Source: Candidatus Culexmicrobium profundum (lineage in GTDB: Archaea > Thermoproteota > Methanomethylicia > Culexarchaeales > Culexmicrobiaceae). Taken from it: 32,214 nt of DNA. The stretch covers positions 1 to 32,214 of the forward strand of contig JANZKD010000001.1 of NCBI GenBank assembly GCA_025061245.1, written 5' to 3'. Position numbers and translations under genes: made by a program. Positions within the stretch are counted from its first letter, which is position 1. Every line of letters starts with the position of its first letter. Positions 9,401 to 16,235 of the stretch are shown here, piece by piece. The notes beneath the pieces were generated by a model. The model ran no database searches and had not been told where the DNA came from. It saw nothing but the letters and a program-made list of their open reading frames with translations.

Positions 9401-11203
9401 ATGTTTCGTCCAGTTGAAATGAAGAAAATTTACATAGTAACGCTCTCTAGACATTTCAATAAGGTAATGGAAGGTCTAGCTAAGTTAGGAGTTGTACATT
9501 TAGCTGATGCTAGAGAGACATTTGAAAAATTAGAGTCTGTTATTGAAGATTTGAGAGATAGGTTGAGAGAGGTTCCGCTTTTTGTTAATGAGTTGAAGAC
9601 GTTACTAGATAAAGTTGATGTTTTAATGAAAAAATTAGAGGTAGAAGATAAATATGTCAAGTTAAGTAAGTTTAAAGGTTTAAGTGTAGAGGATGCTTTA
9701 AAGGTTATAGAAGAGAGAGTTGATGCAATTAATTCAGAGTATGGGGAATTTGTTAAAAAGGCTGAAGAACTTAGTGAGTTGGAGTCGCGACTGAAGGAGT
9801 TGGAGTCAAAGTTTAAAGAAGTTGAACATTTACCTGACACTTCTTCTGTTAAAGTGAAATTGAGAGAAGAATTAGAGTTGGTTAGTGCAGAATTTCAAAT
9901 GAAGATGCAACTTTTGAGAAACTTTCTTGAGTCATTGAGGGAAAAGCATGCTGATTTCTTACTTGAGGCTAAAACGTTTATTGAAATGTATTTGCCGCTT
10001 GAGGAGTCTAAGGTTTTAACTGTGCATACTCCGCTTTTATCTTTTATTGAGGGATTTGTTCCTGTTACTGAAATGGAGAAAGTGAAGTCAATAGTAGAGG
10101 ACTTAACTGATGGTGAGGTCTTAGTGCTGGTTTCTGATTTAGATGAGCATGAGGAAGCTCCTGTTGTGCTTAGGACTCCAAAGTTCATAAAGCCTTTTGA
10201 AACATTGATTAAGACTTATGATGTTCCTTCCTATCATGAGATTAATCCTTCACTTGTAGTTGCGATAACTTTCCCCCTTATATTTGGGTTGATGTTCGCT
10301 GATGTTGGGCATGGATTATTATTGGCGTTATTTGGCGTAGCTATGATTTATGCTAAAAAGAAGGGTTTACCTCCTTCAGAGATGATTCGACTTATAGCTT
10401 CGGGTGCGGAGGTTTATATACTATGTGGAGTAGCTGCAATGTTTGGTGGATTGATGTTTGGTGAAATGTTTGGTTTCCATATGTATGAGATATTAGGTAA
10501 AGCATTTGAGCATCCTCCATTGGGCTTTATATTGGAGAGCATTCCAGGTATTGGGAAAGTGTTTAGTCCTTTGGAGGATCCAATGAAGATGTTTAAGTTG
10601 TCTCTTATTGTTGGTGCGATACATATTGGAATAGGGTTGACTTTAAGAATTCTAAATGAAGTTCTTCTTGGAGAGTATAAGGAGGCATTCTTTGGCTCTG
10701 TTTGTTGGCTTTGGTTTTACGTGGGGTTCATATATTTGGTTTTGTTTAAATTTAAGCTTAATATAGATTTGTGGATTGGAAACACCATACCCTCTCCTCA
10801 GAATCCTCTTCCAATAGGATTTATTGCAATTGTTCTTCCAATAATCATAATGTTTGCAGGAATGGTGAAGCTTGAAGGTTTCATAGACGGGTTTGCACAT
10901 GTCTTTGAGGCAATGATAAGCTCGTTGTCACATACAGTTTCTTATGGACGTATATTAGCTCTTTCTCTTTCACATGGAATTCTAAGTAAATTGTTGACAG
11001 ATGCTTTCCATGCATTGGGTCTTCTGGGGTATCCTATTTTGGCTATTGGAACAATTTTCATGGTAATGGCATTAGAGGGTTTAGTTTCGTTTACACACGT
11101 ACTTAGGTTGACTTGGGTTGAATTTGGTTTCAAGTATTTCCATGGAGGGGGAATGGAGTTTAAACCTTTATCTTTTGGAGTGAATCTTTATGAAGGTGAA
11201 TGA
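9401..11203 (+). CDS. atpI: A/V-type ATPase subunit a (I), paralog 1, shortened soluble domain
   Basis: MFRPVEM, EGFVP, FGLMFADVGHG, SHTVSYGRILALSLSH, HVLRLTWVEF. Confidence 0.93.
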   Translation: MFRPVEMKKIYIVTLSRHFNKVMEGLAKLGVVHLADARETFEKLESVIEDLRDRLREVPLFVNELKTLLDKVDVLMKKLEVEDKYVKLSKFKGLSVEDALKVIEERVDAINSEYGEFVKKAEELSELESRLKELESKFKEVEHLPDTSSVKVKLREELELVSAEFQMKMQLLRNFLESLREKHADFLLEAKTFIEMYLPLEESKVLTVHTPLLSFIEGFVPVTEMEKVKSIVEDLTDGEVLVLVSDLDEHEEAPVVLRTPKFIKPFETLIKTYDVPSYHEINPSLVVAITFPLIFGLMFADVGHGLLLALFGVAMIYAKKKGLPPSEMIRLIASGAEVYILCGVAAMFGGLMFGEMFGFHMYEILGKAFEHPPLGFILESIPGIGKVFSPLEDPMKMFKLSLIVGAIHIGIGLTLRILNEVLLGEYKEAFFGSVCWLWFYVGFIYLVLFKFKLNIDLWIGNTIPSPQNPLPIGFIAIVLPIIIMFAGMVKLEGFIDGFAHVFEAMISSLSHTVSYGRILALSLSHGILSKLLTDAFHALGLLGYPILAIGTIFMVMALEGLVSFTHVLRLTWVEFGFKYFHGGGMEFKPLSFGVNLYEGE

Positions 11204-11275
11204 TTTTTTCTAAATAAGAAGTCTTATAAGGAGATTGAATTTTTTATTGATAGTAGAAAAATGGAGGTGTGATGG

Positions 11276-11743
11276 TTGGACCCAACTCTTATGGGTATGC
11301 TTGGTATAGTATTTGCTAGTTGTGCTTCTATTGGTGGAGCGGCGTATGGAATAATTACTGCTGGTGTGTCTATGGCTGGTGCAGGTACTGAGAGGCCTGA
11401 AATAGTCACTAAGGCTTTATTGGCAGTAGTACTGGCTGAAGCTATTGGTATTTATGGGCTGTTGACTTCAGTAATGTTAATTACTAAGATGGACGTTCTA
11501 ATAGCTTCTTATGATGCTGCTGTTAAGGGGTTTTTTGCTGGCTTAATAATGGGAATCTGCGGCTTAGTTGCTGCATTAGCTATTGGTTATACAGGCTCTG
11601 CTATGGCTGGTGCAGGTACTGAGAGGCCTGAAATAGTCACTAAGGTGTTATTGTCTGTAGTACTGGCTGAGGCATTAGCGATTTATGGATTGTTGATTTC
11701 GATAATGGTGATAAATACCATTGGAGTTGCAGTTCCACATTAG
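11276..11743 (+). CDS. atpK: A/V-type ATPase proteolipid c (K), two hairpins
   Basis: Two copies of GAGTERPE...LAEA..IYG; GGAGGTG RBS. Confidence 0.93.
   Translation: MDPTLMGMLGIVFASCASIGGAAYGIITAGVSMAGAGTERPEIVTKALLAVVLAEAIGIYGLLTSVMLITKMDVLIASYDAAVKGFFAGLIMGICGLVAALAIGYTGSAMAGAGTERPEIVTKVLLSVVLAEALAIYGLLISIMVINTIGVAVPH
11370..11645 (+). repeat. 45-nt perfect direct repeat inside atpK (11370-11414 and 11601-11645)
   Basis: ctatggctggtgcaggtactgagaggcctgaaatagtcactaagg occurs twice, 231 nt apart. Confidence 0.95.
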
Positions 11744-11763
11744 TGTACTTATAGGTGTAATCA

Positions 11764-12366
11764 ATGGCTTCGCAAAATGCTTCCTCTGAGCGGGATGAGC
11801 GATATTATGGTCTAGTGCTTAGATTAGAGGAGATCGATAGAGAGATAAATGGGACACAGAGACTTGATAAAAGGCGGTTATTGAAGGCTAAGAAAAGGCA
11901 TTTGGGCATTTTTTTGGAGACTATTAGGTCTAGAGAGGAAAACGTGCTGAAGTCTTTACATCTTATCGATCGTCATAAGCGAGTGTTAAGGCGAAAGAAG
12001 CCTGGTTTGTTTTTTAAATTGTCAAGGTCTTTGTATAGGCTTTTTAGACCTATTATTCGATTGTTGTCTAAGTTTGCTTCTATTATTTCTATTCCTTCTC
12101 CTCCTCCTTCTAGCTTTGCAAGGAATTGGTCTTTTACGGAGGAAGAGTTGTACCTTTGGAGTAAAGATTTCTCTATGAATCTTCTTAATAATGTTAAGAG
12201 TAATGCGCTTCTTTTGAGAAGTAAGGCTAAAACTGATCTTCATAAGATGAAGTTGAAGATTAGGAAGGGTAGATTGGGTTGGAAGGAAAAGTCGAAGGGA
12301 ATATTATCTAAGGCTTCTGAGTCTTTGAAGAGGGGAAAAGAAACAGCCTTCAAATATGTGAAGTGA
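11764..12366 (+). CDS. Hypothetical highly basic protein downstream of atpK
   Basis: 200-aa ORF with AGGTG RBS that fills the gap between atpK and atpC; R/K-rich. Confidence 0.7.
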   Translation: MASQNASSERDERYYGLVLRLEEIDREINGTQRLDKRRLLKAKKRHLGIFLETIRSREENVLKSLHLIDRHKRVLRRKKPGLFFKLSRSLYRLFRPIIRLLSKFASIISIPSPPPSSFARNWSFTEEELYLWSKDFSMNLLNNVKSNALLLRSKAKTDLHKMKLKIRKGRLGWKEKSKGILSKASESLKRGKETAFKYVK

Positions 12367-12368
12367 GC

Positions 12369-13430
12369 TTAGTAGGTTAGTGATTTTTGTATTTCATTGG
12401 CTGATAATCCATATGACTTCCCATAAATTATTGCTTTTAGGTTTTTTACTTCGAACCATTTGAGTCCTAAGAATGCTACGATTAATCCTATATTGAAAGG
12501 AAACGGTTTTCTCCACAGTGTTTTATAATATCCGTATAGGTATTTGTTTAGTATGATTTCGATGTCCGTTAGCTTATTTTCTCTTGCTAGTTCCCTGATT
12601 TGTTTGAATATCTCTCTGTATTGCTCCGCTAGAGTTATCTTTAGTGCCTCTGTTGTGTCTTTGGTTAGAAAGGCTTTTCTCAGAGTTTTAATGGGTATTT
12701 TGTAGGTTTTTTCAATTAGGTTTTCTGCCATTTCTTCCCAAGGGATATTGAGTATTCTTCCTCTAATGGTGTTTTTTACATTGCAGAGGTCTATTTCTAT
12801 TCCAATGTTTTCTTTAGCAATTTTTTTGTCGCTACCTTTTAGCTTATCTGCACTTTCCTGCATTTCTATATAAATGCTTTTGTCTAGTGCTATTTCCCAT
12901 GAAATTAGGTCCTCGTTGCTTTTTAGTTTGTTGTTTTCTATTAGTTTATTGAGATTTATTATTGAGCCTTTTAGATATAGTCTTTGTAGGAGGTCTTTAA
13001 TGTGTTTTGCTTTGGTGTAGGCGTCTAGGTATTCCTTTGTTGAGAGTCCTAGGGGTATTGGGATTAGATATTGTTCAAGTTTTTGTGCTGGTAACTGGAG
13101 ATATTTGCATCTCATTGCTGCTTTGACGTTTTCTTCTTCAAATTTTGTCAGGTATTTGGCTATGAATGTGTTTACGTTTTTGGGTAGCCATTTAATTATT
13201 TCTTGGATTGTGTCGAACATGCTTTGTATGACTGCTTTTTCTAGTTCTATTGGAGTTGATTGTTCGTTTATGTTTCTTATGTATTGTGCGTAGGCTGTGG
13301 AGTTTAGGTATTTGTATAGTTCTTTGTATGGTCTGTTGAGCAATGCGTTGTAGTCTTCTGTTTTTAATAATCTGTTTTTCATTCCTCTTATCTTTGCACT
13401 TATAAATCCATATCTTGCTACATTGGACAT
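12369..13430 (-). CDS. atpC: A/V-type ATPase subunit C (d-like rotor adaptor)
   Basis: N-terminal Y.FISAKIRGMKNRLL, EID..N, C-terminal EVKNLKAIIYGK; typical length. Confidence 0.9.
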   Translation of the reverse strand: MSNVARYGFISAKIRGMKNRLLKTEDYNALLNRPYKELYKYLNSTAYAQYIRNINEQSTPIELEKAVIQSMFDTIQEIIKWLPKNVNTFIAKYLTKFEEENVKAAMRCKYLQLPAQKLEQYLIPIPLGLSTKEYLDAYTKAKHIKDLLQRLYLKGSIINLNKLIENNKLKSNEDLISWEIALDKSIYIEMQESADKLKGSDKKIAKENIGIEIDLCNVKNTIRGRILNIPWEEMAENLIEKTYKIPIKTLRKAFLTKDTTEALKITLAEQYREIFKQIRELARENKLTDIEIILNKYLYGYYKTLWRKPFPFNIGLIVAFLGLKWFEVKNLKAIIYGKSYGLSANEIQKSLTY

Positions 13431-13478
13431 TCAAACCGCTCCTAATTTTTTGTTAAAACCCTTATGAACTCATTAAGT

Positions 13479-14045
13479 TCACTTATAAAACCCTTGCCTA
13501 AGGTTTTTGGGTGTTGCCAGTAGGGTGTATGTTATAATTGTGAAGAGCCAAGCTATTATTCCTATGACTATTCCTAAGTTGGCATGTGCTTCGCTATAGA
13601 TTTTTCCAATCATGTATCCTAAAATTATGAAGGGTGCCATAAGTGTGAGGAGGATTGTGCTTCTAAGAAGTATTGTTTTGAATAGTTTTTTGCGTTGCTC
13701 TATTATGTCTTTTTGTTTTTCTCTTTCTTCTATTCTTATTTCATTCTCTACTTTTTCTGCTTCTTTTATCATTTCTGTTTTTTCTTTTTTCTTCTCTGTT
13801 GGTGGTTTTACTAGGACTACTGCGTTTTTTATTGCTTCGCCGAGTGTGCTTGGTTTTTTTCCATGTTGTCGATTGATTTTGCATGCTATACTTATAACGT
13901 CTAGTGGTATCCATTTCTCTCCTTTGATGTATTCTTCTAATTCTTTTTCTGTTGTTTTTGTTTTGGCTAAAAATTCTTCTTTGGTTATAAGTTTTATGGC
14001 CTTTTTCAGTGTTTCTACTACTGTTGGAGTGGGCTCCACATACAT
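13479..14045 (-). CDS. Hypothetical protein: XRE-HTH-like N-terminus, charged linker, two C-terminal TM helices
   Basis: EEFLAKTKTTEKELEEYIKGEKWIPLDVI pattern; E/K-rich middle; hydrophobic hairpin; co-oriented between atpI-2 and atpC. Confidence 0.7.
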   Translation of the reverse strand: MYVEPTPTVVETLKKAIKLITKEEFLAKTKTTEKELEEYIKGEKWIPLDVISIACKINRQHGKKPSTLGEAIKNAVVLVKPPTEKKKEKTEMIKEAEKVENEIRIEEREKQKDIIEQRKKLFKTILLRSTILLTLMAPFIILGYMIGKIYSEAHANLGIVIGIIAWLFTIITYTLLATPKNLRQGFYK

Positions 14046-14068
14046 TACTACTTCCCATTTAGTTATAT

Positions 14069-15460
14069 CTAGTGTGCGAATTTAGATATTTTCCCTGCAA
14101 ATAAAGTGTGTGGCATGCTTAATGCTACTTCGCTGCCTGTGCCTTTATAGAATTTTGAAAACCATTCGACCCACATTAGCCTTGTTGTATGAATGAATAT
14201 CACTAGTCCTTCCAATATCATTACTATAAGTGTTCCTATTGCCATCATTGCAATGTTTCCGCCAGATATTTTTATGAACATGCTACTCATTAGTGAGTGC
14301 GCAAGGTTTAATGCTAATATTCTTCCATAGGAGATTGTGTTGCTAAGTGAGGATATTGCTACTTCAAAGGTCATGGCGAAACCTTCAGCCGGGTCTCCTA
14401 TTATCATTTTTCCAATAAGCATTATTGTTAATGGTGCTAGGATTCCATAAAATGTTAATGGATTTGTGATCCATCGCATTATTTCTAGCTTATTTGTGAA
14501 TATGGAATATATGAAGCTTACATAGAACCATAACCAGCATCCCGGTTCTAAGAATGCCTCCAGGTAGTCTTTTTCTAGTATCTTGTTTATGGTGCTCATT
14601 ACTAATCCTGAGCCTATATGGATTCCTCCGACAAGTATTGATAACTTGAACATGTTCATTGGATCTTCTATTGAGTTTATAGGAAGCGTTATTCCTATGG
14701 GTTGTGGTATTCTCAATTTAAATGGTACCATTTCTATGTGGTGTCCAAAGAATTCTCCGAATAGCAGGCCTGTTACCATGGATGCAATGCCGCAGAATAG
14801 GAATATGCTTGCATTCTCAACTATGTAGCTGGTCAAGTTGAATATACTTTTCATTGATGATTTGATTGTTCTTATTATGAGCTTCACTATAATGTGATGT
14901 GTTTCATCTATTTCTTTTTCTATCCACTTTTCAACTCTTATCAGCCTAACTTCTTTATAGTTTGCTATGAGTGCTGTTAGGCCTAGCAATGTTAGGAGGA
15001 ACCCTTGACCCAGATCTGCGAACATTAGTGAGAATATTAATGGGAAGAACATTGCTAGTATTGGGGTGGGATCTATTTCGTTGTATGCTGGTGTTCCAAA
15101 TGCTCTTACGATATTTTCAAATGGCTTCAGAATTTTGTGGTTTCTTAGTATTGTTGGTGCATTTTCTTCTTCGTGAATTATTTCGAATGTGCAATTGATT
15201 CTATCAAGGCTCTTTAGTTTTTTAGATACTTCTTCTGCACTCTTGGCTGGTATCCATCCCTCTATATAAGTTGCTTCCTTTAATGATAGGCCGCCATGAA
15301 GGGGAAGTAGTTCTTCCCAACCGCTTATATCTTTAATAATGCCTGAGAGATAAAAATGAGCATTTCCATTTAATAGGTCAACTATGTTCTCTAGGTGTTT
15401 TTTCTCAACTAATACTCTAACTTTTAAGAGTCGTAAGGGCCTCATAATATTGTCCCGCAT
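14069..15460 (-). CDS. atpI: A/V-type ATPase subunit a (I), paralog 2, stator arm largely deleted
   Basis: EGWIP at residue ~67, PAYNEIDPT, MFADLGQG, SNTISYGRILALNLAH, HTTRLMWVEWFSKFY. Confidence 0.9.
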   Translation of the reverse strand: MRDNIMRPLRLLKVRVLVEKKHLENIVDLLNGNAHFYLSGIIKDISGWEELLPLHGGLSLKEATYIEGWIPAKSAEEVSKKLKSLDRINCTFEIIHEEENAPTILRNHKILKPFENIVRAFGTPAYNEIDPTPILAMFFPLIFSLMFADLGQGFLLTLLGLTALIANYKEVRLIRVEKWIEKEIDETHHIIVKLIIRTIKSSMKSIFNLTSYIVENASIFLFCGIASMVTGLLFGEFFGHHIEMVPFKLRIPQPIGITLPINSIEDPMNMFKLSILVGGIHIGSGLVMSTINKILEKDYLEAFLEPGCWLWFYVSFIYSIFTNKLEIMRWITNPLTFYGILAPLTIMLIGKMIIGDPAEGFAMTFEVAISSLSNTISYGRILALNLAHSLMSSMFIKISGGNIAMMAIGTLIVMILEGLVIFIHTTRLMWVEWFSKFYKGTGSEVALSMPHTLFAGKISKFAH

Positions 15461-15558
15461 TAAACTGAAATATTATAATATATTAAGTTTTTGGATTGTA
15501 ATTAATCTAGAGTAAATTTATATTTAAATCAATATATCTCAATATGCTAGAATATAAT

Positions 15559-15580
15559 AGAGAGAAAAACTTTTCTCTCT
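15559..15580. promoter_or_regulatory. Palindromic operator candidate
   Basis: AGAGAGAAAA-AC-TTTTCTCTCT, overlapping the end of TATATAAG (15553-15560). Confidence 0.55.
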
Positions 15581-15608
15581 ATTTACAAACTAATATTATG
15601 GTGATGTC

Positions 15609-16142
15609 GTGGGCAAGATTACTACTATTAAAATAAATGATGATGCATTGGCATATATTGAAGTCGTATTAAAAGGTGGGCGTTTTCGTCATTTGAAGGA
15701 TTTTGTTAACCACTGCTTAACCTTAGCTGCGACCTACACTATGGATGAGTGGGATTTAAACAAAGGTGTATTTTATATTCATCCTTGTAGGATTTGTATT
15801 GTTCCAGCTGATATACTATCTGCATTGCTTGAACTTATTCCTGATGATGCGAAGAAGGATGCTATTGAAAGCATGACTTCTTGTTTGCGTCCTAGACTTC
15901 GTTTTTGGCATATTACACCTAAGAAGCCCGAGGATCGCCGTAAAATTTTAAAGTTGCTGACTTTGCATGGTTTTGGAAGATTCACAATACAAGATGACAA
16001 TACTATTGAAGTTTCTTACCCTGTTCTTCCATATGACATAGTTAAAAGTGTTCTTGAAACATTATTAAAAGTAAGATTGGAAACTTTAGAGTGCTCAAAG
16101 GTTACGTATGTCTTTAAAATTATTGAAGAGCTAAATGAGTAG
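15609..16142 (+). CDS. Putative regulator: RHH N-terminus plus V4R-like domain
   Basis: TTIKINDD..YIE..GGRF..LKDFVNHCL fits a ribbon-helix-helix; GFGRF resembles the V4R GWG motif. Confidence 0.6.
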   Translation: MGKITTIKINDDALAYIEVVLKGGRFRHLKDFVNHCLTLAATYTMDEWDLNKGVFYIHPCRICIVPADILSALLELIPDDAKKDAIESMTSCLRPRLRFWHITPKKPEDRRKILKLLTLHGFGRFTIQDDNTIEVSYPVLPYDIVKSVLETLLKVRLETLECSKVTYVFKIIEELNE

Positions 16143-16235
16143 TATTTCATTTAATCGTTACTTTTTTATAGCAAAAATTATCCCTAACATAACGAACTCG
16201 CCTTTCAGTTAACCATTGGGCCTCGGGGTGTTATT

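Noticed and set aside
13612..14085. Alternative ORFs (157 aa on +, 105 aa on -) over orf188
   Set aside because: Low-complexity shadow frames caused by compositional skew; orf188 fits the operon.
14069..15460. atpI2 as a pseudogene
   Set aside because: Uninterrupted frame, intact channel motifs and an upstream TATA-like element.
15470..15481. ATATTATAATAT palindrome
   Set aside because: A/T-only sequence in an AT-rich promoter region.
81..16210. AACTGAAA(G) upstream of nuoA (81-89), atpI2 (15463-15470) and, inverted, nuoL (16202-16210)
   Set aside because: Short AT-rich word in inconsistent orientation and not seen upstream of nuoJ or nuoM; compatible with chance.
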